Part shown: positions 24,808-38,054 of the stretch, piece after piece
Layout: the number at the start of each line of letters is the position of its first letter
How positions within the stretch are numbered: the first letter of the stretch is position 1
NCBI GenBank assembly: GCA_002269645.1
Contig: NIVC01000153.1
Coordinates: 143,088 to 207,087 of the forward strand
Source: Macrostomum lignano
Taxonomy: Eukaryota
Direction: 5' to 3'
Length of the DNA stretch: 64,000 nucleotides
The notes under the pieces: generated by a model
Database searches by the model: none
Told to the model about the DNA's origin: nothing
Seen by the model: the letters and a program-made list of their open reading frames with translations, nothing else
Program-made: the position numbers and the translations under genes

Positions 24808-26470
24808 CTTCTGGATAATCCCTCTATTCATCTGGATAATCCTTCTATTCATCTGGATAATCCCTCTATTCATCTGGATAATCCCTCTATTCATCTGGAT
24901 AATCCCTCTATTCATCTGGATAATCCCTCTATTCATCTGGATAATCCTTCTATTCATCTGGATAATCCCTCTATTCATCTGGATAATCCCTCTATTCATC
25001 TGGATAATCCCTCTATTCATCTGGATAATTCCTCTATTCATCTGGATAATCCCTCTATTCATCTGGATAATCCCTCTATTCATTAGGATAATCCCTCTAT
25101 CCATCTTGATAATCCCTCTTTCCTTCTGCATAATCCTTCCATTCATCTGGATAATCCCTCTATTCATCTGGATAATTCCTCTATTCATCTGGATAATCCC
25201 TCTATCCTTCTGGATAATCCTTCTATTCATCTGGATAATCCCTCTATTCATCTGGATAATCCTTCTATTCATCTGGATAATCCCTCTATTCATCTGGATA
25301 ATCCCTCTATTCATCTGGATAATCCCTCTATTCATCTGGATAATCCCTCTATTCATCTGGATAATCCTTCTATTCATCTGGATAATCCCTCTATTCATCT
25401 GGATAATCCCTCTATTCATCTGGATAATCCCTCTATTCATCTGGATAATTCCTCTATTCATCTGGATAATCCCTCTATTCATCTGGATAATCCCTCTATT
25501 CATTAGGATAATCCCTCTATCCATCTTGATAATCCCTCTTTCCTTCTGCATAATCCTTCCATTCATCTGGATAATCCCTCTATTCATCTGGATAATTCCT
25601 CTATTCATCTGGATAATCCCTCTATCCTTCTGGATAATCCTTCTATTCATCTGGATAATCCCTCTATTCATCTGGATAATCCCTCTATTCATCTGGATAG
25701 TTCCTCTATTCATCTGGATAATCCCTCTATTCATCTGGATAATTCCTCTATTCATCTGGATAATCCCTCTATTCATTAGGATAATCCCTCTATCCATCTT
25801 GATAATCCCTCTTTCCTTCTGCATAATCCTTCCATTCATCTGGATAATCCCTCTATTCATCTGGATAATTCCTCTATTCATCTGGATAATCCCTCTATCC
25901 TTCTGGATAATCCTTCTATTCATCTGGATAATCCCTCTATTCATCTGGATAGTTCCTCTATTCATCTGGATAATCCCTCTATTCATCTGGATAATTCCTC
26001 TATTCATCTGGATAATCCCTCTATTCATCTGGATAATTCCTCTATTCATCTGGATAATCCCTCTATCCTTCTGGATAATTCCTCTATTCATCTGGATAAT
26101 CCCTCTATTCATTTGGATAATCCCTCTATCCATCTTGATAATCCCTCTTTCCTTCTGCATAATCCTTCCATTCATCTGGATAATCCCTCTATTCATCTGG
26201 ATAATCCCTCTATTCATTTGGATAATCCCTCTATCCATCTTGATAATCCCTCTTTCCTTCTGCATAACCCTTCCATTTATCTGGATAATCCCTCTATTCA
26301 TTTGGATAATCCCTCCATTCATTAGGATAATCCCTTTTTCTTTCTGGATAATCCCTCTATTCATTTGGATAATCCCTCCATTCATTAGGATAATCCTTCT
26401 ATCCATCTGGATAATCCCTCCATTCATTAGGATAATCCCTATATTCTTCTGGATAATCCTTCTATTCATC
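24808..26470. repeat. 21-bp minisatellite TCTGGATAATCCCTCTATTCA with higher-order blocks
   Basis: Variant block starting CATTAGG recurs at 25081, 25501, 25774. Confidence 0.97.
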
Positions 26471-26805
26471 TAGAAATCTTCTATCCATCTGGAAAACCAA
26501 TCTGGAAAATTATGTTAATCTAAGATTGAAACTTTAAAAAATCAATCTTCTACATAGCCCAACTCTAATGCTTCCCAGTGACGCAAATTATCCAAATGAA
26601 AAACCAAGGCAGACCAGTAGCCGCAAAATGCAGAAGCCAAATGGCGCTCTTAAGTTCAAAACAGGTGAGCAGGTTAAGCTTTGCGCAAACACTGGAGCAC
26701 CGCTGAGCTGCTGTGAGCCGAGCGCAGAGCGGCTTTGCAGTACGTGACCAATTATCGATTTGGCTGTTTGCCCGGTAGCAGAATTGATTTTGCCGACTTC
26801 TCGGC

Positions 26806-26808
<3 letters not shown>

Positions 26809-26895
<87 letters not shown>
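26809..26895. repeat. (GA)n microsatellite
   Basis: Pure dinucleotide run. Confidence 0.98.
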
Positions 26896-26897
<2 letters not shown>

Positions 26898-27016
26898 GAA
26901 GCCCAGTGGTGAGACCAGGAATAATAAAAATCTAAGGAGCTGGACGGAGTTACTCGTAGGTTAATCTCCTTATGCGCAATAAATGACTGATGAGGAGTGC
27001 CTGGTATGCCAGTCAG

Positions 27017-27519
27017 ACTCAGACAGACAGACAGACACTAAGACACTAAGACAGACAGACAGACAGACACTAAGACACTAAGACAGACAGACAGACAGAC
27101 ACTAAGACACTAAGACACTAAGACAGACAGACAGACAGACAGACAGAAACTAAGGGCCTTTTCATATTACCAATTCCAGAACTAGAATCGGTTCGGAATT
27201 CTAAGAAAAACAGCAGTATAACTATTAAACTCTGTTAATATTTGACTGCCTTAACAACCTCACTTAGCACAATTTTTCACTTTCTTCTTGGCGATTGTCA
27301 TTCAATGATAAAAACTTTATAGCACGTATCTCCCTCTAGTTAAGGAGACAAAAAGTTATACTTCACAAATTGGTTCTGGTTCTGGAACCAGAACAAGCAA
27401 TATGAAAAGGCCCACAGACACTAAGACAGACAGACACTAAGACAGACAGACACTAAGACACTAAGACACTAAGACAGACAGACAGACAGACACTAAGACA
27501 CTAAGACAGACAGACACTA

Positions 27520-27556
<37 letters not shown>

Positions 27557-27575
27557 CTAAGACACTAAGACACTA

Positions 27576-27608
<33 letters not shown>

Positions 27609-27855
27609 CTAAGACAGACAGACAGACAGACACTAAGACACTAAGACACTAAGACACTAAGACAGACAGACACTAAGACACTAAGACACTAAGACAGACA
27701 GACAGACAGACAGACAGACACTAAGACACTAAGACACTAAGACAGACAGACAGACAGACAGACACTAAGACAGACAGACAGACAGACACTAAGACACTAA
27801 GACACTAAGACAGACAGACAGACAGACAGACAGACACTAAGACAGACAGACACTA

Positions 27856-27888
<33 letters not shown>

Positions 27889-27985
27889 CTAAGACAGACA
27901 GACAGACAGACACTAAGACACTAAGACAGACAGACAGACACTAAGACAGACAGACAGACAGACACTAAGACAGACAGACGGACAG
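27017..27985. repeat. (GACA)n with GACACTAA interruptions, split by the MITE
   Basis: Direct inspection. Confidence 0.95.
27154..27413. mobile_element. 260-bp MITE, PIF/Harbinger-like
   Basis: Perfect 15-bp TIR GGGCCTTTTCATATT (27154-27168) / AATATGAAAAGGCCC (27399-27413), with weaker similarity further in. TAA on the left flank; right flank ACA, so TSD not confirmed. Confidence 0.75.
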
Positions 27986-28149
27986 ACTGCTGCAGTTATT
28001 CCCCAGCCTGCCCACTCGCAGCACTCAGCCATAATTGAAGGTGACATTGCGGATCCTGCCTAATGGGGGCTGCATAATCCAATCTGGGCATTCTCGGTCC
28101 CAACCCGCCCCTCCTTGAGCCTTCAGTAGGCGAGCTTTCGGACACAGCA

Positions 28150-28300
28150 AATGAGCAGAGTCAGGCGGGCTGTTAGGCTGAAGAGCTGTCTCTCATTGAA
28201 CTCTGAGGCGGTGCAGGGTAGAGAAAGTGCCCAAGCTCGATGACTGACGACCAGAGAAGAAGATCGATGAAGTGCTTCAGTTCTTCTCCACAATTCCCTG
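28150..28300 (-). pseudogene. Possible decayed hAT transposase C-terminal dimerisation fragment
   Basis: ELWRRTEALHRSSSLVVSHRAWALSLPCTASEFNERQLFS loosely resembles the hAT motif WW..N...FP.L..LA...LSIPATS...ER.FS. No TIRs seen. Confidence 0.3.
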
Positions 28301-29057
28301 GAGACTGCAGCTGAGGAAACTGCTATCTGTTGTTGTCTTTTTGGTAACAAGTGTTGCAAAAGCGGCAAAGTACATTTGAGGGGGCGGCCATTTTGGGGGA
28401 GCTTTAAAAATTTAGAGAAAAACACTAACGGCTTGACAGATAGCGGATGCCCGAGTGTCCAGCAGCCATCAGCAGGTCTGAGAGACAGCACTACCAGTTA
28501 GGATGGACACTAAAACTGATACTATCATACATTAGGACAAACGCTAGGACAGACAGACACGAAGACATACATTGGGACAGGCACTGAGACAGGCACTAGG
28601 ACAGACACACTAAGAAGGACACTAGGACAGATACTAAAACAGACACTAGAACAGGCACTAAGACAGACACTGGGACAGACACTAGGACAGGCACTTGGAC
28701 AGACACTGGGACAGACACTAGGACAAGGGGGCAGACAATTGACAGGATCACTTTGCCCAAGAAAAATGCATTTTACATTCCCGCTGCTTTTTCGAGATGC
28801 CACCAATTTTCGTCTGCCAGGAAGGAAATTTTTTTAAATCCTCGAAAATTCTTCACTGAATAGCCGTCTACGAACTGGTAGAAATTTGAAAGTTGCACTT
28901 TAAGCGCAGAGAAATTTTCTTCTTGTCCATCATCGTTGCCGCAGCTTGGCCAAAAATTTTCTAAACGAAAATATCTTTCAACAAATTTGCTAGCGTTCCC
29001 CTGGGATTCGGGCCGCACCAGCACTGATGGCTTCAGCTTCTCCATGCTTCTCCACAT

Positions 29058-30765
29058 CCCCCTGTCTACAGCAGATCCGCCCCCTGTCTACAGCAGATCC
29101 ACCCCCTGTCTACAGTAGATCCGCCCCCTGTCTACAGCAAATCCGCCCCCATCTACACAGCAAATCCGCCCCTGTCTACAGCAGATCCGCCCCCTGTCTA
29201 CAGCAGATCCGCCCCTGTCTACAGCAAATCCGCCCCCATCTACACAGCAAATCCGCCCCCTGTCTACAGCAGATCCGCCCCCTGTCTACAGCAGATGCCG
29301 CCCCATCTTTACAGCAGATCCACCCCATCTCTACTGCAAATCCGCCCCATATCTACAGCAGATCCGCCCCCTGTCTACAGCAAATCCGCCCCCATCTACA
29401 CAGCAAATCCGCCCCCTGTCTACAGCAGATCCGCCCCCTGTCTACAGCAGATGCCGCCCCCTGTCTACAGCAGATCCGCGCCCTGTCTACATCAAATCCG
29501 CCCCCTGTCTACAGCAGATCCACCCCCTGTCTACAGCAGATCCGCCCCCTGTCTACAGCAGATGCCGCCCCCTGTCTACAGCAGATCCGCCCCCTGTCTA
29601 CATCAAATCCGCCCCCATCTACACAGCAGATCCGCCCCCTGTCTACAACAGATCCGCCCCCTGTCTACAGCTGATCCGCCCCCTGTCTACAGCAGATCCG
29701 CCCCCTGTCTACAGCAGATGCCGCCCCCTGTCTACAGCAGATCCGCCCCCTGTCTACATCAAATCCGCCCCCATCTACACAGCAAATCCGCCCCCTGTCT
29801 ACAGCAAATCCGCCCCCTGTCTACAGCAGATCCGCCCCCTGTCTACAGCAGATGCCGCCCCCTGTCTACAGCAGATCCGCCCCCTGTCTACAGCAGATCC
29901 GCCCCCTGTCTACAGCAGATCCGCCCCCTGTCTACAGCAGATCCGCCCCCTGTCTACAGCAGATGCCGCCCCCTGTCTACAGCAGATCCGCCTCCTGTCT
30001 ACATCAAATCCGCCCCATCTACACAGCAGATCCGCCCCCTGTCTACAACAGATCCGCCCCCTGTCTACAGCTGATCCGCCCCCTGTCTACAGCAGATCCG
30101 CCCCCTGTCTACAGCAGATCCGCCCCCTGTCTACAGCAGATGCCGCCCCATCTTTACAGCAGATCCGCCCATCTCTACTGCAAATCCGCCCCATATCTAC
30201 AACAGATCCGCCCCCTGTCTACAGCTGATCCGCCCCCTGTCTACAGCAGATCCACCCCCTGTCTACAGCAGATCCGCCCCCTGTCTACAGCAGATGCCGC
30301 CCCATCTTTACAGCAGATCCGCCCATCTCTACTGCAAATCCGCCCCATATCTACAGTAGATCCGCCCCCTGTCTACAGCAGATCCGCCCCCTGTCTACAG
30401 CAGATCCGCCCCCTGTCTACAGCAGATCCGCCCCCTGTCTACAGCAGATCCGCCCCCTGTCTACAGCAAATCCGCCCCCTGTCTACAGCAGATCCGCCCC
30501 CTGTCTACAGCAGATCCGCCCCCTGTCTACAGCAGATCCGCCCCCTGTCTACAGCAGATCCGCCCCCTGTCTACAGCAGATCCGCCCCCTGTCTACAGCA
30601 GATCCGCCCCCTGTCTACAGCAGATTCGCCCCCTGTCTACAGCAGATCCGCCCCCTGTCTACAGCAGATCCGCCCCCTGTCTACAGCAGATCCGCCCCCT
30701 GTCTACAGCAGATCCGCCCCTGTCTACAGCAGATCCGCCCCCTGTCTACAGCTGATCCGCCCCAA
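29058..30765. repeat. 22-bp minisatellite CAGATCCGCCCCCTGTCTACAG, ending at the GPCR exon 2 acceptor
   Basis: Variant-rich 5' part, nearly pure 3' part. Confidence 0.97.
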
Positions 30766-30772
30766 CCCGCAG

Positions 30773-31544
30773 GAGTCCGCCACCCGATGCTGCGCCGCCG
30801 GTTCTGCACCATGCGCAGCGCCCGCCGCATCATATTCCTGATCGTGACTGTCTGCTACATCCTCTGCCTGTGGAAGCCGTTCATGCATGTCACTCAGCGA
30901 TCCGGCGACGGTTTCCGCTGCGGCCAGCGGCCCAGCGTCAGCACCCGTCTGCTATTCGTCCTGGACACGTCCTACGCCGCCATGCTGACCATCGTGCCGT
31001 CGGTCCTGCTGTTCATCTTCAACTCGCTGATCTCCCGCCACCTGCTCATTGTCCGCCGGTCGCGTTCTTGCATGAATCACGACGTTGTTGGTCACCAGTT
31101 CGCTTTCCTGCTAGTGCTGGTGTCCACCACCTTCCTGGTTCTCACCTGGCCCTATTACCTGTGCTGGGTGACCAATTTCATAATTAAATTCAACATCAAG
31201 TCGGACCTGTCGACTTCGTTGAGCTTCGAGAATGCAATGGTCGGCCTGAACCAGTGGCGCCTGGGCAATGCTATCTACATCACCAAGACTCTCTACTACA
31301 TGACCTATAGCGTCAACTTCTTCCTGTACTCCTACGCTAGTAATTACTTTCGCAGCGAGATGAAGCGAATGTTCACCGTTCGCCGGCGCAGGGAGAAATC
31401 GAACAGGTTCTACCAGGCTTCGACTCAGGCTTATCAGCTCAGCCTGCCGGCTTCTGACAGCAACGGGCGACGGAGCACGTATTCGGGCCTGCTGGACCGC
31501 TACAGGAAGATCACTATCAAAAGGATGCCAACAATGCGTAAGCC

Positions 31545-31593
<49 letters not shown>

Positions 31594-31665
31594 GTTCCAG
31601 AGATGGTGCCCATGATGGAGCTGGGAAGCAACGCCGACTCGCAGGGCATCCACCCGATCGATTGA
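30773..31665 (+). CDS. GPCR exon 2 (ICL2 to TM7 and poly-Q tail)
   Basis: Acceptor CCCGCAG|GA at 30772/30773 restores ERYIG-VRHPM. TM5 TIVPSVLLFIFNSLI, TM6 TFLVLTWPYY, TM7 YMTYSVNFFLY (FMRFamide/myosuppressin-receptor-like signature). Joined CDS 1332 nt, 443 aa. Confidence 0.9.
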
Positions 31666-31694
31666 GACTCAGTATCAAGCTGCTTCAAAATTCG

Positions 31695-32195
31695 TCTGTA
31701 TCCCATCCAAATCATTTCTATCCCAGCCAGATCGTCTCCATCCCATCCAGATTGTCTCTATCCCATCCAGCCTGTGTCTATCCCATCCAGCTTGTCTCTA
31801 TCCCATCCAGCCTGTGTCTATCCCATCCAGCTTGTCTCTATCCCATCCAGCTCATCTCTATCCCATTCAGCTCGTCTCTATCCCATCCAGCCTGTGTCTA
31901 TCCCATCCAGCTTCTCTCTATCCCATCCAGCTCGTCTCTATCCCATCCAGCTCGTCTCTATCCCATCCAGCTTCTCTCTATCCCATCTAGATTATCTCTA
32001 TCCCATCCAGATCATCTCTAACCCATCCAGCTTCTCTCTATCCCATCCAGCTCGTCTCTATCCCATCCAGCTTCTCTCTATCCCATCCAGCTCGTCTCTA
32101 TCCCATCCAGCTCGTCTCTATCCCATCCAGCTTCTCTCTATCCCATCTAGATCATCTCTATCCCATCCAGATCATCTCTATCCCATTCAGATCAT
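31695..32195. repeat. 21-bp minisatellite TCTCTATCCCATCCAGCT(C/T)G core, directly after GPCR stop
   Basis: Direct inspection. Confidence 0.95.
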
Positions 32196-32582
32196 CTGTC
32201 TAGCTATCAAACTTCATCTGTTTCAATTCCAAACGTTTATTTTTTCAGAAACAATTTGAAAATAAATATTCTCTGGACTCAGTTACAAGTACATGTAATG
32301 CTAAGATCATTTGCCGATCAAAATGTACACCCATCTGGATATTGAATTGTATTTTTTGGTAACAGTTCACTTTGCAGTCGAAATTCACGCGTAAATTCAC
32401 GCAACGGATTTATTGAGCCAATTAACGAAGAGTAATTCAATTGTATATTTTGTTATTCTACTCCGTTGCTGTTCCGTGTTTTGTTTTCAACCACTCGTCA
32501 CCTCTTTTAAACTGTTTAAAATTCAGATAAAACTATCATTCCAATAGCATTCAATCTGACTTATTTTTCCAGGAATTTCAGG

Positions 32583-33530
32583 AACCCCTCCTCACCAGCA
32601 ACCCCTCCTCCTCACCAGCAACCCCTCCTCCACACCAGCAACCCCTCCTCCACACCAGCAACCCCTCCTCCACACCAGCAACCCCTCCTCCACACCAGCA
32701 ACCCCTCCTCCTCACCAGCAACCCCTCCTCAACACCAGCAACCCCTCCTCCTCACCAGCAACCCCTCCTCCACACCAGCAACCCCTCCTCCACACCAGCA
32801 ACCCCTCCTCCTCACCAGCAACCCCTCCTCCACACCAGCAACCCCTCCTCCTCACCAGCAACCCCTCCTCCACACCAGCAACTCCTCCTCCTCACCAGCA
32901 ACCCCTCCTCCCCACCAGCAACCCCTCCTCCACACCAGCAACCCCTCCTCCACACCAGCAACCCCTCCTCCACACCAGCAACCCCTCCTCCACACCAGCA
33001 ACCCCTCCTCCACACCAGCAACCCCTCCTCCACACCAGCAACCCCTCCTCCTCACCAGCAACCCCTCCTCCCCACCAGCAACCCCTCCTCCACACCAGCA
33101 ACCCCTCCTCCACACCAGCAACCCCTCCTCCACACCAGCAACCCCTCCTCCTCACCAGCAACCCCTCCTCAACACCAGCAACCCCTCCTCCTCACCAGCA
33201 ACCCCTCCTCCACACCAGCAACCCCTCCTCCACACCAGCAACCCCTCCTCCTCACCAGCAACCCCTCCTCCACACCAGCAACCCCTCCTCCACACCAGCA
33301 ACCCCTCCTCCTCACCAGCAACCCCTCCTCCACACCAGCAACCCTCCTCCACACCAGCAACCCCTCCTCCACACCAGCAACCCCTCCTCCACACCAGCAA
33401 CCCCTCCTCCTCACCAGCAACCCCTCCTCCACACCAGCAACCCCTCCTCCACACCAGCAACCCCTCCTCCTCACCAGCAACTCCTCCTCACCAGCAACTC
33501 CTCCTCCTCACCAGCAACCCCTCCTCAGCA
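32583..33530. repeat. 20-bp minisatellite ACCCCTCCTCC(AC/TC)ACCAGCA
   Basis: About 47 units. Confidence 0.97.
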
Positions 33531-35224
33531 CCAAAAACCCCTCCTTCACACGCCTATACCCACAAACAACCCCACCCAATCCAAAATCCGTTGTCATTAA
33601 AACAGATTCGTTCTGTATTATAGCGATACTATTATTTTACAGTAGTAAATATACACCTAAGTTCTGCAATTGCACCACTGTTGCGCCACGGTGTATAAAA
33701 AGTAATAAAACGCACGCAAGCGAAGTTTTACAGTTTTTTTAAACTAAATCGTTTTAGCACCTGACTGTATACTTTGTAAGCTATGATCGTTTAATCATTT
33801 TTTTCTTTGTTCAAAATAATTTCGTATCTTTCCTACGCGAATTTTTCTCTTTTTAATCCGTCAGTCCTCGGTTGAAGGCAATTTAATGATACGAACTTAT
33901 TTATTTGTGTAATAGATGTAATAAAATTTTATTCTTATTCAAATTCAACTATGTTTTGCAGTAAAGATTTGTCAGTCTGTCAGTCTGTGAGCGCTGTAAA
34001 CACACTAACTATAAATAGTATTTTCCTTATTGAGAAATATACAACCGCAACCTTATATAGCCATTGATAAATCCTTTTGCTTGGCTTGGTTTCTGATTGG
34101 ACTTGCTGTGGGATTCCCATACGGGGATTAACTGGATCTTCGTGCTTCGCCATCCAAGCGACACAGAAGATATGGGAAGTAGCGCTCCAACTTCTACAAT
34201 ACAAAAAATGGTCAAAATACTTATTCTTTGGTAATAAATAATACTCGTATACATTAATGGAATCCATTTGACCGACATTCACAGTTTTATAAAGAGAAGT
34301 AATTTTTGTAAGATCGTCATTTCCAGGTGAGTCCTAAAGTTGAAAATTACAGTAAAAAATAAAATACTTATTCGTTCTTTTAAAGAAATGCTGACTGCAC
34401 AGAGTAATGGACAAACTCTGCAACATTTCCTGGCTGGGAGATTGGACATAGCCAAGGAACATGCACTGAGCAGAAAAGGAGAACCATGCAGAAGCAGCCT
34501 TGGCAGAGAAAGTAATAACTATATAGGCCAATATAAGCTTATCCCGCACCAAGAGGCCCGGAGAAGTGGCTGAGCCGCAAAGTTTGCGCTCTGGGAGAGA
34601 AGGACAGTGAAAAAACTGAAAGCAGGACAAACAAAATATACGAGGCTAGAGGAACCGGGGCGGGGGGCACAGCTGATGAAGCGACTTGGCACTGGACCAG
34701 TTTCACTTCTGCTCGATAGCCAAGGCCCCAGGATTGGGCAAGCATTGATAAGAGGGTGAAAACTCCCATCCAGTCCGATGGGAGCAGCTGGCGGGGCATT
34801 AGAATTTCTAATGAAGCTGGGAAGTTTTATCTCTTATCTCCCCTCCCCTGTCTGTGCGACACCAACTGATCATTGGGCGGGGCAGCTTCTTGTAAGAGTA
34901 ATTGGTTACTAACCTAGCAATTGGTAGATTGATTGGTTTAGGCAGTTTGCAGCTAACTTGAATAACATTCGGTGCAGTTGACAGTCCTCAAATGTACTTT
35001 ATTCAATAGATTTCCTAGCGTTCTAAGTTTCTAAGTTTATCAAGTTTATCGGCGACAGTTCTCCTCTCTTTAATGCTTTTAGACGGAGCGTGTACACTGC
35101 CTATAACAGGGGTTGGCTTACTCCGGCCGGGAGGGGCACATGCGCCCTCGAAGCCTCTATCCACCCACCGGGCCCTTTAAAAGTTCCCATGAAATAGCAA
35201 TCCGGCCCGCTCAAGGTGTGTCTC

Positions 35225-35545
35225 TTCTAACCGTTCTTCTCAGTTCTCTCCTCTCTCCCCTCTTACGTATCTCTTAATCTTCTCTCCTTTTCCCTCCCTC
35301 CTCTCTCATCTTTCTCTTATACCATATCTCTTCTCTTTTCCTTTCTTTTCTCCTCTCCTTTCTTCTTTCCTCTCATCTCTCCTCTCTCTCCTTTCCTCTC
35401 ATCTCCTTTCCTCTCTTCTCCTCTCCTTTCTTCTCCTCTCCTTTCCTCCCTCCTCTCTCCTCCCCATTCTTCTCCCCTCTCATCTCCTCTATTCTTTCCT
35501 CTCATCTCGCCTCTCACCTCTTTTCTCTTCTCTCTCATCTATTCC
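35225..35545. repeat. CT-rich low-complexity tract
   Basis: Polypyrimidine sequence. Confidence 0.85.
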
Positions 35546-36094
35546 TAATTTGCTCTGTCATCTGGCCCTTGAGAGAAAAAGTTTGCCGACCCCTAAGACA
35601 CTGAGAAAGTCAGTGCTGCTGACACAGTGCCCGTATGCTTGCTCGGATATCAGCGCAAATTGACTGCCAAATTGATCTGTAATAAGCTGCTCTGAGAAGT
35701 CTAAATAAATCTCTGAGCATATTTCGCAACTGAGGTCAAGTCCAAAGTTGCTCCACAAAAAACAGGAACCCAATAAAAGTAGGTATACAATAAATATTTA
35801 TATTATCACCGCAAACAGACTGCAGGGCGTACAGATTGCTCTAGTGTTTATATTGACGAACTATCATTTCAGTTTTCAATATAAGCCAGTCGTGACATAC
35901 TAGTAAATAAGTGACAGAATGCGGTTATGACATTTAAAAAGAATAATAGCCAGTATATATGCGTGGTGTATATGCAGACCTCAACGCACCAGAAATGATC
36001 ACGGTTAACTCAAACGGTGAGAGAAGTAAAAGCAGCCAGTTTTGATAAAATTAATTTATTAATGTATTTTTGGCGGAATATGCAGAGAAGTGAA

Positions 36095-37550
36095 GAGAAG
36101 GGAGGGGATGAGGAGCAGGGAGGGGATGAGGAGCAGGGAGAGGATGAGGAGCAGGAAGGGGATGAGGAGCAGGGAGGGGATGAGGAGCAGGAAGGGGATG
36201 AGGAGCAGTGAGAGGATGAGGAGCAGTGAGGGGATGAGGAGCAGTGAGAGGATGAGGAGCAGGGAGGGGATGAGGGGATGAGGAGCAGTGAGGGGATGAG
36301 GAGCAGTGAGAGGATGAGGAGCAGGGAGGGGATGAGGGGATGAGGAGAAGGGAGGGGATGAGGAGCAGGGAGAGGATGAGGAGCAGGAAGGGGATGAGGA
36401 GCAGGGAGAGGATGAGGAGCAGGAAGGGGATGAGGAGCAGGGAGGGGATGAGGAGCAGGGAGGGGATGAGGAGCAGGGAGGGGATGAGGAGCAGGGAGGG
36501 GATGAGGAGCAGTGAGAGGATGAGGAGCAGTGAGGGGATGAGGAGCAGTGAGAGGATGAGGAGCAGTGAGGGGATGAGGAGCAGTGAGAGGATGAGGAGC
36601 AGTGAGGGGATGAGGAGCAGTGAGAGGATGAGGAGAAGTGAGGGGATGAGGAGCAGTGAGAGGATGAGGAGCAGGAAGGGGATGAGGAGCAGGGAGGGGA
36701 TGAGGAGCAGTGAGAGGATGAGGAGCAGGAAGGGGATGAGGAGGAGGGAGGGGATGAGGAGCAGGAAGGGGATGAGGAGGAGGGAGGGGATGAGGAGCAG
36801 GAAGGGGATGAGGAGCAGGGAGGGGATGAGGAGCAGGGAGAGGATGAGGAGCAGGAAGGGGATGAGGAGGAGGGAGGGGATGAGGAGCAGGAAGGGGATG
36901 AGGAGGAGGGAGGGGATGAGGAGCAGGAAGGGGATGAGGAGCAGGGAGAGGATGAGGAGCAGGAAGGGGATGAGGAGCAGGGAGGGGATGAGGAGCAGGG
37001 AGGGGGAAGAGGAGCAGGAAGGGGATGAGGAGCAGGGAGAGGATGAGGAGCAGGGAGGGGATGAGGAGCAGGAAGGGGATGAGGAGCAGGGAGGGGATGA
37101 GGAGCAGGAAGGGGATGAGGAGCAGGAAGGGGATGAGGAGCAGGGAGGGGATGAGGAGCAGGAAGGGGATGAGGAGCAGTGAGAGGATGAGGAGCAGTGA
37201 GGGGATGAGGAGCAGGGAGGGGATGAGGAGCAGGAAGGGGATGAGGAGCAGGGAGGGGATGAGGAGCAGGAAGGGGATGAGGAGCAGGGAGGGGATGAGG
37301 AGCAGGGAGAGGATGAGGAGCAGGGAGGGGATGAGGAGCAGGGAGGGGATGAGGAGCAGGGAGGGGATGAGGAGCAGGAAGGGGATGAGGAGCAGGGAGG
37401 GGATGAGGAGCAGGGAGAGGATGAGGAGCAGGGAGGGGATGAGGAGCAGGAAGGGGATGAGGAGCAGGGAGGGGATGAGGAGCAGGAAGGGGATGAGGAG
37501 CAGGGAGGGGATGAGGAGCAGGGAGAGGATGAGGAGCAGGAAGGGGATGA
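36095..37550. repeat. 18-bp purine-rich minisatellite GATGAGGAGCAGGGAGGG
   Basis: About 80 units; explains ORFs at 36017-37681. Confidence 0.97.
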
Positions 37551-38054
37551 GAATTAGTAAACGAAATGAGATAACGAGCGCAAGGATTTACAGACAGCAG
37601 AAATATCAACGGATTATCAGTTAGCAGTTTAGCACAGTGGCATATAATGAAAGAAAAGTAATCTTCGAAACACGGAACCAATCAGGACAGAAGAAAGGTT
37701 CTACTGGCAAAGAGCAAGAAAGCAAAATTTACAGCAAGCAAAGCCCGTCATAGTAGAACACCAGTCTTGAAAGGAATTGCTGGAAAACAAATAAAAATAC
37801 ACAAGATAAGACACAGAAACAAAATAGCGCTGCATGCAATACCGCGCAGACAGCGGCATCAACAAAAATCTGGCATATCTGATTATAGATAACAAAACCG
37901 CCATCCTAGCCTTTTCAAGCTTTGAGAAATTAAATACAGGGACCAGACCAGGAACAATGTGCAGTGCGTGAAAATGGAGTCTGGGAATAACTTATAAAAG
38001 GCATGAAGAATGGGATTTTACAGAGGGTTGGAAAAACTCATTGGGCAGGGGGAA

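Noticed and set aside
24761-26473. 570-aa and 565-aa ORFs on both strands
   Set aside because: Stop-free 21-bp repeat unit; no unique domain; lies in the GPCR intron.
36017-37681. PAPHPL, MRSREG and GDEEQ repeat ORFs
   Set aside because: Frames of the 18-bp purine minisatellite.
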